From an uncultured delta proteobacterium (GTDB lineage Bacteria; Desulfobacterota; Binatia; UBA9968), in contig CAWJBB010000074.1 of the NCBI GenBank assembly GCA_963840855.1, positions 9,214 to 73,213 of the forward strand: a stretch of DNA of 64,000 nucleotides. Reading direction: 5' to 3'. This document shows, one piece after another, positions 44,845 to 54,693 of this stretch; the stretch's first letter is position 1; each line of letters starts with the position of its first letter. Position numbers and translations under genes: made by a program. Under the pieces are notes generated by a model that ran no database searches, was not told the origin of the DNA, and was given only the letters and a program-made list of their open reading frames with translations.

Positions 44845-45603
44845 TCATGCGTGGGAGATCTGCGAATTGAGCTTCTCAAAGAACTCGCCAATAGCGCCGT
44901 TGTAAACAAAGTCAGCGAGATCATCCAGCGGCGTCGCATCGCGGTTGATGATGGCCAGCAGCGCGCCGCTGCGTTTGGCGATCACGGGAAAAGAAGCGGC
45001 GGGCTGGACTTGGAGCGATGAGCCGATGACACTGAATATCTCTGCCCGCTCGCTCCACGCTTGCGCTCTTTGCATTGCTTCCACCGGCATCGATTGGCCG
45101 AAAGACACGTTGGCGGATTTCAAATAACCGCCACATTCGCCGCAAGTGGGAGCGGTGAATTCCTCGCCCAAGTGTTCATAAACGTCGACCGGCTCGTAGC
45201 GCTTGCCGCACTTGAGGCAGGTGACCAACCGGTCGGTGCCGTGAAGCTCGACTAACTTTTCATCCGATATACCGGCGAGTTTGTGCAGCCCGTCGATGTT
45301 TTGCGTGATCAGTCCGAGCAGCTGGCCGCGCTGCTCGAAATCGCGGATCGCATAGTGGCCGATGTTCGGCTCGACTGTTTTGAAAAGCTCGTAGGTCGCT
45401 TTCTTCAAGCGCCAATGCTGAACGCGCGCGGCTTCGCTGGCGAGAAAGTCCTGGAACAGCACGGGCTGATACTTGGTCCAGACTCCACCCGGGCTGCGAA
45501 AGTCGGGGACACCGGATTCCGTGCTGATGCCCGCGCCGGTGAAGAAGACAATGGCCCTGGAGTTTTTTACACGCGCGGCAAATTGAGCCAGGTCCATCGC
45601 CAT
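44845..45603 (-). CDS. cobB: NAD-dependent protein deacylase (sirtuin)
   Basis: GAGISTESGVPDFR, TQNIDGLH, ELHG, CxxC..CxxC, GSSLQV.PA. Confidence 0.92.
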   Translation of the reverse strand: MAMDLAQFAARVKNSRAIVFFTGAGISTESGVPDFRSPGGVWTKYQPVLFQDFLASEAARVQHWRLKKATYELFKTVEPNIGHYAIRDFEQRGQLLGLITQNIDGLHKLAGISDEKLVELHGTDRLVTCLKCGKRYEPVDVYEHLGEEFTAPTCGECGGYLKSANVSFGQSMPVEAMQRAQAWSERAEIFSVIGSSLQVQPAASFPVIAKRSGALLAIINRDATPLDDLADFVYNGAIGEFFEKLNSQISHA

Positions 45604-45611
45604 GACGCGCG

Positions 45612-46202
45612 CTATTTTTTCTGCGCGGGTTCGGCCGGCTTTGCCGGCGCGGCCGGAGCAGAGGGGCGCATCGGTTGCGGCGGCGGCGCAGCCTGTATGT
45701 CGACAACCTTTATATCGAAGACCAGCGTTTTGCCGGCCATCGGATGGTTCATGTCCATAACTACGGTTTTTTCTTTGATTTCATGGACGCGCATCGGAAC
45801 GACTTGGCCCTCCGGACTTTTGGCCGCCAGAATCGCGCCGACCTTGAGGCCATTAGGAGGCAGTTTTTCTTTGGGGACCTCCTGAAAGGCGTTCTTGTTA
45901 ACAGGCCCGTAGGCGTCCTCAGGTTTGACGGTCACATGTTTTTCGCCGCCGACTTTCATGCCGGTGAGCTCCTTTTCGAGCCCGGGGATCATCATCTTCT
46001 GGCCGTGGACGTACTTGATCGGCTCTTTCCCTTTGCTCGTTTCGATCACTTTGCCGTCCGTCCCTTTGAGCGTGTATTCCACGCTGACCATCATGCCGTC
46101 TTTGACGGTCCGGTCATCTTTGGTTTTCTCCGCGGCTGGCGCGGCGGTCGCTAGCACGCAGCACGCCATCAGCGCGGCGAGAGACAAAACTTTTTTGTGC
46201 AT
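45612..46202 (-). CDS. FKBP-type PPIase, SlyD-like, with signal peptide
   Basis: VSVEYTL, YVHG..MIPGLE, PEDAYG, DMNHPMAGKTL; N-terminal signal peptide. Confidence 0.9.
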   Translation of the reverse strand: MHKKVLSLAALMACCVLATAAPAAEKTKDDRTVKDGMMVSVEYTLKGTDGKVIETSKGKEPIKYVHGQKMMIPGLEKELTGMKVGGEKHVTVKPEDAYGPVNKNAFQEVPKEKLPPNGLKVGAILAAKSPEGQVVPMRVHEIKEKTVVMDMNHPMAGKTLVFDIKVVDIQAAPPPQPMRPSAPAAPAKPAEPAQKK

Positions 46203-46296
46203 CAAGTTCTCCTTTAGATTCTTTTGCAGCAGCAACGCGATGTAGCAAGTTTATACGCTGGAACGCGCGAACACAACGAAGTTTGATCGACCTTAG

Positions 46297-47295
46297 TTAG
46301 TATTTGGCAATCACGCGCCGGCCCCAAGCCTCCATGACTTCGTCATAGATTGCGTTGGGCGGTGTTAATAAAACGCGCCGGATGCCGTTGGCTTCCAACC
46401 GTTTGACTTTGGCGATGCATTCGTCCGGCGTGCCGGCGATGGTAAAGCGCTCCAGAAGATAGCCGGTTACCAGCTCGGGGTCGACCCGCTCTTCAATTGA
46501 TCTCGAGATGTCGAAACCGTCCATGAATTTTTGCACGCCTGCGACTTCCTTTTCGGGCACGGTTTCCATAGTGAAGCGAAAATTGTGGTGCGCGCGATTG
46601 GCCATGCGCGAGCGCACGCGCTTGCGCGCGAAATCGCCGTCGTCATCCACCACGATCATACCGGCGGGCATGATGTCTATGTCCGACGGCGAGCGGCCGG
46701 CTTCCCTGGCTCCTGCGGCTATGCGCGCTTCGGCCCACTCCAGAACGTCCCGGTCGAAACCGGTGCCGAGTATGACTCCGTCAGAGATACGCCCGGCGAC
46801 GCGCAGAGTCTTCGGCCCTTCGGCGGAGATGTAAACCGGCACGGGACCCCTGCCGGCCTTGAGCTTGACGTTGCCGCCGGCCCGCTCTTTGCCCGTCGGT
46901 ACATCAACGCCGCGGCCGTGCAAGAGATCGCGGATGAGGCGCAGCCCCTTTTCGAAATCTACGAGTTTGGTCGCCGTTCGTCCGAGGCTATACACCGGTC
47001 CGTCGCCGGTGCCCATGCCAACGATGGCGCGGCCGTCGGATATTTCGTTCAGCGTGGCGAAAGAATTGGCGACAATAGAGGGGTCGCGATAGACAATGTT
47101 GGTCACCGCAGTGCCGAAGAGGATCCTTTTCGTATTGACCGCGCACATCGCCATGGCCTGAAAAGGATCGACGTTGTTCATCTGGCTGTCGGCAAAAAAG
47201 ATCGCTTCGAAGCCAAGCTCTTCGGCGCGTTTGGCGCGGGCCACCGCTTCCCGAACGGTGCGCGCGGAACCATGTAAGCAGAAATTCATCGCCAT
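46297..47295 (-). CDS. LLM-class flavin/F420-dependent oxidoreductase
   Basis: AEELGFEAIFFAD, GTAVTN..RDP, GRAIVGMGTGD, AGTPDEC. Confidence 0.9.
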   Translation of the reverse strand: MAMNFCLHGSARTVREAVARAKRAEELGFEAIFFADSQMNNVDPFQAMAMCAVNTKRILFGTAVTNIVYRDPSIVANSFATLNEISDGRAIVGMGTGDGPVYSLGRTATKLVDFEKGLRLIRDLLHGRGVDVPTGKERAGGNVKLKAGRGPVPVYISAEGPKTLRVAGRISDGVILGTGFDRDVLEWAEARIAAGAREAGRSPSDIDIMPAGMIVVDDDGDFARKRVRSRMANRAHHNFRFTMETVPEKEVAGVQKFMDGFDISRSIEERVDPELVTGYLLERFTIAGTPDECIAKVKRLEANGIRRVLLTPPNAIYDEVMEAWGRRVIAKY

Positions 47296-47324
47296 CGCTT
47301 CCTCCTCCACTGGATGGGGAAAGC

Positions 47325-48602
47325 CTATGGGGTAGCTCGCAGCGATGTCAACTGGCGCGCCTCCCAACGGGTGCATGCGTGAATTGCAAAACCGGAAATG
47401 ATGTAGCAGAGGAGACAACCCGTAAACGGCCAGGCGTAGGAGCCAGTGATATCGAAGACGTAGCCGCCCAACCACGACCCAAAGGCACTGCCAAAACCAA
47501 AACTGATTTCGAGAAAACCGAAGATGAGGCCGATTTTTCGGCCGGAGAAAATGTCGCCGATGACGGCGCCATACGTGGGACTGCCAGCGCTATGGCCGGT
47601 GCCGTAAAGCACCACTGCGAAATAGATCAACCAGGGCGGTGCGCCGGTGCTCATGGCAACCAAGCAAGCGACGCCTAGAGCGGTGACTGCGGTGGCGACG
47701 CCATAGGCGTTGTCGCGTCCAAGGCGGTCGGAGAGCGTTCCCCAGACTACAGTCGCGCCTATCCTGATGAAACCGATCAAACCTAAATAGAAGGATGCGG
47801 TCAGTTTTTCAATACCGACGGAAACGAAGTGCGCGATGGCGTGGGTATTGATCATGAACATCGCGCTGCCTAGGGCCAGGTGGCCGACCGTGACGCACCA
47901 GAATGGAAAGGACATGAGCGCTTCGCGCAAACTCCAATCGCGGGCGCCTTCTCGTTTATGGCCGTAATTGCCCTCGAAGGTGCTTGCCGATGGCGCGGCG
48001 TCGCCGTCGGGAAATTGCCCGACATCCTCCGGGCTGCGCCGCTGCAGCAGCGCGTTGGCGGGAACCAGGGCGAACAGTAATAAACCGCCCGTCACGATAT
48101 AGGTCCAGCGCCAGCCGACATGATCGATCAATAACTGTGTCAGCGGCACCATCACGAGCGCGCCTAAACCCTGACCCATGCTAGCGACGCCTATGGCGGT
48201 GGCGCGTTTGCGCACGAACCAAAAGGAGATGAGAGCGTTGTGGCCGACGAAGCTGAGCGCGCCTTGGCCCAGAGCGGTGATTAAACCGTAGGAGAAATAG
48301 AAGTCCCACAAAGAATTTGCAATAGATGACAAACCCAGACCGGCGCCGACGAGAAATGCGCCGATAGGCATGAGCAGGCGCGGACCGAAGCGATCGAAGG
48401 CGAGACCGACCAGCGGTGCGGCGAGCGCGTAGACGACGAAATTGACCGACGCAACGGTGGCGCCGTCACTGCGCGACCAAGAAAACTCTTCCAGTAGCGC
48501 GAGATAGTAAACGCCGAAGGAGCCGTTCACGCCGCGCATCGCGACCATATTGGCGAGGCAAAGCGCGAGAATGACGTAGCCGTAGAAAAACTTGGGACGC
48601 AT
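47325..48602 (-). CDS. MFS transporter (OFA/MCT-like)
   Basis: About 12 TM segments; GLAFDRFGPR and GTLSDRLGR motifs. Confidence 0.92.
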   Translation of the reverse strand: MRPKFFYGYVILALCLANMVAMRGVNGSFGVYYLALLEEFSWSRSDGATVASVNFVVYALAAPLVGLAFDRFGPRLLMPIGAFLVGAGLGLSSIANSLWDFYFSYGLITALGQGALSFVGHNALISFWFVRKRATAIGVASMGQGLGALVMVPLTQLLIDHVGWRWTYIVTGGLLLFALVPANALLQRRSPEDVGQFPDGDAAPSASTFEGNYGHKREGARDWSLREALMSFPFWCVTVGHLALGSAMFMINTHAIAHFVSVGIEKLTASFYLGLIGFIRIGATVVWGTLSDRLGRDNAYGVATAVTALGVACLVAMSTGAPPWLIYFAVVLYGTGHSAGSPTYGAVIGDIFSGRKIGLIFGFLEISFGFGSAFGSWLGGYVFDITGSYAWPFTGCLLCYIISGFAIHACTRWEARQLTSLRATP

Positions 48603-48610
48603 GAAGAGAA

Positions 48611-48672
48611 TTGGAGTGTGGCGTGTTGGAGTATTGGGTCTTATTGCATTACTCCATCATGCCATTACTCCA
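48611..48672. repeat. 8-mer TGGAGTAT array with inverted TACTCCA units
   Basis: ttggagtgtggcgtgttggagtattgg ... attactccatcatgccattactcca. Confidence 0.65.
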
Positions 48673-48693
48673 GATCTTAAGGATTCCGTGCGG

Positions 48694-49254
48694 CTATCGC
48701 GTCTCCGCGGCTTTGATGTCTTTGACCTTGACGTCGAAGTTGAGAGTTTTACCCGCCAGCGGATGATTGAAATCCACGACCACGGTGGTGCCGGTTATTT
48801 TGTGAACCCGGATGGGTATCATGCGCCCGTCTGGACTCTTAGTCATGAGCATGGCGCCGACCTTTTGCGCGTCCGGTGGAATGTTATCCTTGGGGAGTTC
48901 TCGAAATGCTTTTTCATCCGGCAGCCCGTAGCCCTCTTCGGGCCTCACCTGGACTTTCTTTTGGTCGCCGACTTTGAGACCGTTCAGTGCTTGCTCCAGT
49001 CCCGGCACGATCTGGCCGGCGCCATGAATATAGGTCATGGGTTCCTTGCCCGCGCTGGCATCGATAACCGCACCCGTATTGTCCGTAAGAGTATATTCGA
49101 TGGTAACGATGGCGCCTTCTTGAATCTCGGTGGCTGGCTTCAAACTGAAACGGGGAGTCGCCTGACCCGTAATGGGGACGGAAAGTTGGGTAAGAAAAAA
49201 CAGCGCGCCCAAGACCGCGCCGCTGATGACCAGCAGTCCCAAGAGTTTTTTCAT
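48694..49254 (-). CDS. FKBP-type PPIase, SlyD-like, with N-terminal membrane anchor/signal
   Basis: VTIEYTL, YIHG..IVPGLE, PEEGYG, DFNHPLAGKTL. Confidence 0.9.
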   Translation of the reverse strand: MKKLLGLLVISGAVLGALFFLTQLSVPITGQATPRFSLKPATEIQEGAIVTIEYTLTDNTGAVIDASAGKEPMTYIHGAGQIVPGLEQALNGLKVGDQKKVQVRPEEGYGLPDEKAFRELPKDNIPPDAQKVGAMLMTKSPDGRMIPIRVHKITGTTVVVDFNHPLAGKTLNFDVKVKDIKAAETR

Positions 49255-49470
49255 TGAGTCCTTTCGACTCAAGACTGCGTTGCCGGGACCAATGTAACCC
49301 GGTTTGCCCTTCTCAATTTACATATCTTGGGAATGCGTCGAATTCAAATGATACGGCATTGTGGCCACAGGTGAGAAAAGGATTTGACCACAAGGAATAC
49401 TGCTCGCAGCCGGTGCCGCCGCACTAGCCCGAGATTCGAGCACGATTAGGCTTCTTCAGCGCAGCCTGCG

Positions 49471-50394
49471 CTACAGCAACCGTTCCTGCACGGCCGCGCC
49501 GTTCCACAGGATGCCGTTGTCGAAGGGGCGGTACAGCTTATTTTCTATCTCGGACACCAGTTGATCCTTTTCACGTAGCTCGGCGATGATTGTTTGCGAT
49601 TCGGCGGCGAGCTGCTGCATCATTTGAGCCACGGTGTGCTCGCAAGATGCGGCAGCTTGCAACGCGGCCTCTTTTTCGCGAAGTTCGGCTTCTTTAGCCT
49701 CCAGATTGTTATTGGCGGTTTGCAATCGTCTTTCCAGGGCGCCGATGGTCATGCGCGATTCTTCGTCCAGCTGTCTCAGCGCGGCATCTTTGCCCTGAAG
49801 TAAATCCTCCATGGCTGTGAGCTCGTCGCGCAGTTCAATCATTTTGCCTTGCTGATGCTCGGCGAAGTCGCGAAAGCGCGTCTCGGCTTGCTTCATCGCC
49901 GTTGCCGCCTCATTGAGCCGCAGATTGAGGCCGTCGATTTCGCCGAGAAGCCCTCTTGAGCGCGTGTGGCAATTTTCCAATTGCGCGTCTTTGTCGCGCA
50001 AAATAATTTGCAACGATTCGATCTTCTCCATGGCGAGGGCCTCGCGTTCGCGCAGCGCCCGGTCGCGCGCGTCGAGGGCTTCGTTTTTTTCTTTGAGCTG
50101 AAGCCGCAAGTTGATCAGCTCGACTCCGGCCATCTCTTCGACCTGAGCGGAGTGTTGCGCTTCGCGCACGGCCGTATCGCAGGCGCGGTCAGTCAGCGAT
50201 TTGATTTCGTGGAGCAGTCCGCGAAGCAAATTTGCCTGGGTATCCAATTCCCGGGGAGGCGCCAAGCCAAGCTCTGGTTGGGTACTCTCGCCCCGAGCCT
50301 TTGCTTTCTCGGCTTCGGTGTAAACGAATTTGATCTCGGCGTCGTTGAAATAGAGTAACTCTGTAACGTCAATGTGAATGCTTTCGTCAAACAT
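49471..50394 (-). CDS. Hypothetical long coiled-coil protein
   Basis: E/L/R/A-rich heptads; AAAGGAG RBS before ATG 50394. Confidence 0.7.
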   Translation of the reverse strand: MFDESIHIDVTELLYFNDAEIKFVYTEAEKAKARGESTQPELGLAPPRELDTQANLLRGLLHEIKSLTDRACDTAVREAQHSAQVEEMAGVELINLRLQLKEKNEALDARDRALREREALAMEKIESLQIILRDKDAQLENCHTRSRGLLGEIDGLNLRLNEAATAMKQAETRFRDFAEHQQGKMIELRDELTAMEDLLQGKDAALRQLDEESRMTIGALERRLQTANNNLEAKEAELREKEAALQAAASCEHTVAQMMQQLAAESQTIIAELREKDQLVSEIENKLYRPFDNGILWNGAAVQERLL

Positions 50395-50455
50395 TGCGCC
50401 TTCTCCTTTTTGGCCGTGCAATTTACCGGCGTAGCGCCGAGTCAAAGCTTGCCGT

Positions 50456-50471
50456 AGCAAAGTGTATTCCA
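50456..50471 (-). promoter_or_regulatory. Putative sigma54 (-24/-12) promoter
   Basis: TGGAATACACTTTGCT = GG-N10-GC with TTGCT, ~60 nt upstream of the coiled-coil gene. Confidence 0.5.
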
Positions 50472-50679
50472 TCGAGGCCCCCTGCGAGGCTTTGCGATTC
50501 CACGAGGTAATTCAAGGGCGAACAGGGGCAGGTAGGGGTATTAGAAATGGAAAATAGGAATTTTCTTGACGGCGCTGCCAGTTGTTTGACACTCGGGCAA
50601 TGCGGCCGTGGAAAAAATTCCCTGCGGGACGTTGTAACGTATGCCGCCGTGTTGCGAAATTGAAATCGCCGTAATGCGT

Positions 50680-52395
50680 TTAAACGCGCTTCAGGGTTGC
50701 CACTTCGTGAGCCGTCAGGGGAACTCTGACCGCGAGGCGGTCGCCCCTTTGCTCCACCGTCACTTGTGATTGTGGATTTAGGAGGTTTTCCAGCTTGGCG
50801 CCGGCGGTATTGAGATTGAAGTCGATGGTGACAAAATCCTGTCTGGCGGCTGCCTGCAGGTTCATCGCGATCAGGACTTCCGTAGTATCCAGAATTCTTG
50901 AAAACGCGAGGGTGCAGTTCCCATCGACCGGATAACCGAAGTCACTGCCGTTGCCGGAGATCTCACGGAAGTACTGTCTGCCGTAACGGAGGGCAGGTTC
51001 CTGGCGCCGAATCGCCGCGATCTTGGCGATGCCTTTGTAGATCGGATGGGATGGCCGGAAAAAGTGGCGTTCTGTGCTGTCGAAGGCGCCCCAGCGGCCG
51101 CCGAACATACATTCGCGCACGAAGCTGTCGTGATGGCCGCCGCCGTCGAAGCCTTGCTCCGTTCCATAATAGATGCAGGGAACGCCCTGGCTGGTGAGCA
51201 GATAGGCGATGGCGAGAACCGCCTGGGCGGGAAAGGGATTATTATTCATGAACCGTCTATAAGGCCGGGACATCTGGTCGTGGTTGTCGACGAACGTGAC
51301 AAAATACTGGCCCGCCGCGCCATGATCCGAGTACATGGTTTTGAAGCGCTCGTAGCGGTCGCGCAAATGTCCCGCCGGGATAAAGCCTTTGATCACTTCT
51401 TCGAGGATGAAATAGAGCGGAAAATCCAGCGCCGCGTCGAGGGATGGAAAACGCTCGCTGGTGCCGTCGATGCGGCTGTTGCGTCCGATGTAGCGCTGCA
51501 GGGTCGCGTCGTCGGCGACGATCTCGCCGAAGATGAAAAAATTCTGCTTGCCGATCCGCTTGGCGTATTCACGCACCGCGTTGCAAAAAATCGCCGTGGC
51601 GCTGGATTCCATATGTTTTACCGTGTCGACGCGGAAGCCGTCGATGTCGGCGGCGGCGATCCAGTACTTGTAAGCCTGGATCAGCGTGTTGAGCACGTCC
51701 GGCCGAGCTATATCGAGTTCTTTGAGACTGAGAAAGTCGCCGTTGACCGCCTGCTCCGGGTCGTTCCAATCGGTGATTTGACCGCGCCGCTTGTAGCCGT
51801 CGACGCGCTGTAGTTCCTCCGGCCACACCGCGTCGTCCGCTTGAAAACCGGCTGCTCCTTCAACCTGGCGCCAGAAGCCAAAATCGAATGCTCCGGAGGC
51901 TTGCTTCGAGTAGTAATAAGGATGATCACCGGGATAGGCCCAGTTATCGCCCGTGTGATTGAGAATGATATCCAGAATCACGTACAAGCCGCGGGCGTGG
52001 GCTTCTTTTACCAGCTTTTGTAAATCCTCCTTGGTGCCAAACCGCGCATCGATCTCGAGAAAATCTTGAATGCCATAGCCGTGGTAGCTGTCCGCCTTCT
52101 CCCGGCGGTTCTTAAATACCGGGCTGAGCCAGACCGCGCCGGCGCCGAGATCTTTGATGTAATTCAGGCGGCGCAGGATGCCCGTCAAATTGCCGCCTTG
52201 AAAAATCTTCCCTTGCTCGAGATCCCGTCCCTTCGGCGCCGACGTGGAATAGGGGCGCAGGCCGCGCTGGTTGTTGTCGAAACGGTCCACCAGCAAGAAA
52301 TAGATGAAAACATCGCGCCAATCGGGCGGCGAAGGGAATACATCGCCTTCAGGCGTAAAATCTATATCGACAATGGAACGAATGGGGTTCGGCAT
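50680..52395 (-). CDS. Alpha-amylase family (GH13) glycosidase
   Basis: YFLLVDRF, SYHGYG, DIILNH, DGFRVDTVKH, FGEI, FVDNHD. Confidence 0.93.
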   Translation of the reverse strand: MPNPIRSIVDIDFTPEGDVFPSPPDWRDVFIYFLLVDRFDNNQRGLRPYSTSAPKGRDLEQGKIFQGGNLTGILRRLNYIKDLGAGAVWLSPVFKNRREKADSYHGYGIQDFLEIDARFGTKEDLQKLVKEAHARGLYVILDIILNHTGDNWAYPGDHPYYYSKQASGAFDFGFWRQVEGAAGFQADDAVWPEELQRVDGYKRRGQITDWNDPEQAVNGDFLSLKELDIARPDVLNTLIQAYKYWIAAADIDGFRVDTVKHMESSATAIFCNAVREYAKRIGKQNFFIFGEIVADDATLQRYIGRNSRIDGTSERFPSLDAALDFPLYFILEEVIKGFIPAGHLRDRYERFKTMYSDHGAAGQYFVTFVDNHDQMSRPYRRFMNNNPFPAQAVLAIAYLLTSQGVPCIYYGTEQGFDGGGHHDSFVRECMFGGRWGAFDSTERHFFRPSHPIYKGIAKIAAIRRQEPALRYGRQYFREISGNGSDFGYPVDGNCTLAFSRILDTTEVLIAMNLQAAARQDFVTIDFNLNTAGAKLENLLNPQSQVTVEQRGDRLAVRVPLTAHEVATLKRV

Positions 52396-52629
52396 TGGAG
52401 GTCTCGCATAAACGAAGATTTCCGCTGGGATCGCATCAAACAATCCTTACGGCTTTGCGATGAAGCATCTGCCCGGATTATGCCGGTGTTGATTGTGTCA
52501 ATCAATAGAATTGTCGATGCGGGCGACGCGAGCAGGGCCGGAAGTTGATTTGACTTGTGACCTCTTTACCGCTGCCCGATGAACATGTTACTTTTCGAGG
52601 ACATAAAAAATCATGCGAGGGTAAAGCGA

Positions 52630-53382
52630 ATGCGAATCATTGAAAAATTATTTACCACAAAGGAGAACGGCGTCGCGGGTTTCTTGTCGTACCCCGAACG
52701 CGCCGAGCCGGGGCCGGCCCTATTTCTTATCCATCCCAAGGGCGGCCTTGGCGAATATATCAAGACCGAGACGCGAAAGTTCGCGAAGCTCGGCTACAGC
52801 ACCTTTGCGATCAACGTCTTCGAGCAACTCGGCTATCCGGAGCCAACCCATATCGTCACCGGATCGCAGATCCAGGCCAAGACACCGGACCCGGAATTCA
52901 CCCGCGTCCTCACCGAGGGGTGGCGTTTTTTGCTCAAGCAGCCGCATGTGAACAAAAGCCGAGTGGCTGTTTGCGGCTACTGCATGGGCGGGCGCATCGC
53001 CATTCATTTCGTCGCCGCCACGCCCGAGGTCCGCGCTTTTGTGGGTTACTATCCGACGGTACGCGACGAACCCGAGACGCCCCTGAGACCCGTGCATCCG
53101 TCGGTCGCAGCAAGGAAGATTCGCTGCCCTTCGATTAATCTATACGGCGCCGACGATGTCACCACCGTGCTGCCGGTGCAGGAACGGATGTGGCAAGCCT
53201 TCAAAGAGAACGGCCAGCCGCTGGAATGGCACTTCTTTCCGTTCGGCGGCCATGGTTACGTCGACCCCGGAGCGCCTGGATACAACGCTCATGTGGCTGA
53301 CTTGTCGTGGCCGCTGGTGGAGGACTTCATGGAGCGCCATCTCAAGTGGAGTTCGCCGGAAGTGCAAAATCCCAACGTTTAA
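52630..53382 (+). CDS. Dienelactone hydrolase family protein
   Basis: GYCMGG nucleophile, YGADD, GHGY. Confidence 0.9.
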   Translation: MRIIEKLFTTKENGVAGFLSYPERAEPGPALFLIHPKGGLGEYIKTETRKFAKLGYSTFAINVFEQLGYPEPTHIVTGSQIQAKTPDPEFTRVLTEGWRFLLKQPHVNKSRVAVCGYCMGGRIAIHFVAATPEVRAFVGYYPTVRDEPETPLRPVHPSVAARKIRCPSINLYGADDVTTVLPVQERMWQAFKENGQPLEWHFFPFGGHGYVDPGAPGYNAHVADLSWPLVEDFMERHLKWSSPEVQNPNV

Positions 53383-53463
53383 AACGAAGGTACGAGCTAG
53401 TCCGGATCATTCGTGAGATCAGTAAACAGGGTTCAAAACGACTGGAACGATTTGAACGACTCG

Positions 53464-53721
53464 TTATTCGCGGCCGCGAATCGTGCTTTTGAACCCTTCC
53501 AGCGTCATCTTGCCGCTCACCAGCCGTTCCATATCCGAAGCGCTCACCGGGTGACGCAGATCGCCCAGCCTTAAGTCCCAGTGAAATATCTCTCCCGGCC
53601 CCGGCAAGACATCCGGCAAACGCTGGTCGGCGTGTGAAATGGAAATATCTTTACCACGGTAAACGCCGCGTACGTCGGCGCGGTTAGCGCGGCACCAGAC
53701 AAGCACTTCTTCGAACGTCAT
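53464..53721 (-). CDS. Hypothetical protein
   Basis: 85-aa ORF starting 1 nt after the cupin stop (TAATATG coupling). Confidence 0.6.
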   Translation of the reverse strand: MTFEEVLVWCRANRADVRGVYRGKDISISHADQRLPDVLPGPGEIFHWDLRLGDLRHPVSASDMERLVSGKMTLEGFKSTIRGRE

Positions 53722-53722
53722 A

Positions 53723-54154
53723 TTAGCTCTGCGAATCTTCGACGGGATTGAGCAGGTGCTCTTTCAGGCCTGTATGATAGCCGTAGATGACCTTGCCGAT
53801 CTTCGGTCTTGGTTTGGGCTCGGTGCTTACCTGATAGAGGATGAGTCGCTCGGTGCCGGTGTTATTGAGCTGGTAAAAAAAACCGGCCGGCACATGCACC
53901 GCCTGGTGCTGCGTCAGATGATATTCTTCTCCATCCTTCAGGCCCTTCATCGTGCATTCGCCTTGCACCACGAGGAAAGTGTGGTCCGAACCAGGGTGGC
54001 AGTGCAACTCGTCGTTTACGCCTGGCTCGTAGCAATTGAGCGCGATGTGCGCGCGCTCGGTCTGCGTGGGGCGAACATAATTCCGGCCCGTCGGCCTGCC
54101 CCAGACGGCTTGCTTTTCCGTATCGACGATCGTGATCTTGGTAATTGCCTCCAT
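53723..54154 (-). CDS. Cupin domain protein
   Basis: LHCHPGSDHTFLVVQG..VHVPAGFFY; AGGAGGA RBS. Confidence 0.82.
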   Translation of the reverse strand: MEAITKITIVDTEKQAVWGRPTGRNYVRPTQTERAHIALNCYEPGVNDELHCHPGSDHTFLVVQGECTMKGLKDGEEYHLTQHQAVHVPAGFFYQLNNTGTERLILYQVSTEPKPRPKIGKVIYGYHTGLKEHLLNPVEDSQS

Positions 54155-54485
54155 TGTGCTCCTCCTGTTAGCTGCGGTTTTGCGCGTTATTCATATTATT
54201 GGGCGAATTTACAGGAGAAACCTACACCCGCGCAAGGGCTGGAATCGGCCCCAACTTCCCTTCCAGCGATTCCAGGCGCCTGACTTCAGCGGAGAAGGGG
54301 GGATTCAACGCTGATAGGGAGCCTTTAGGCGGCCATAAATGCCCCGCTATTTAAGCCCACGGAGCCAGGGCCGCTTGTAATAAACATTAGCGATTTCAAT
54401 AGCTTACCTATAGCTCCCAATCCCTCTCTTGGACCGCTATTGATAGGATGGTATGAGTAATCTCGTGATCTCCAAGGAGGTTAGC

Positions 54486-54551
54486 ATGTCCGCCAAAATC
54501 GAATTCCTAACCACGCCGAAGCGGCCGAAAAAGCGCCGCCAGTCAAAATAG
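54486..54551 (+). CDS. Putative 21-aa basic small protein MSAKIEFLTTPKRPKKRRQSK
   Basis: Perfect AAGGAGG 5 nt before the ATG, AT-rich promoter-like region upstream and terminator downstream. Confidence 0.5.
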   Translation: MSAKIEFLTTPKRPKKRRQSK

Positions 54552-54621
54552 CGATCGCGCGCATCATTCTGCGCCGTCATTTGACGGTATCCGCTGGCGT
54601 TTTGTGCCGGCGCTAAATTTC

Positions 54622-54656
54622 AAAAGGCCCGGGTCGAGTCGACCCAGGCCTTTTTT
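54622..54656. terminator. Bidirectional intrinsic terminator
   Basis: AAAAGGCCCGGGTCGA-G-TCGACCCAGGCCTTTTTT. Confidence 0.8.
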
Positions 54657-54693
54657 GTTTCTGGCAATGGGTGGGGATATCCTTGGTCGTCAC

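Noticed and set aside
54200-54420. Possible structured ncRNA upstream of the cupin gene (also 28560-28740 and 1280-1410)
   Set aside because: Non-coding, but no convincing stems or known family recognised by eye; needs Infernal/Rfam and RNA-seq.
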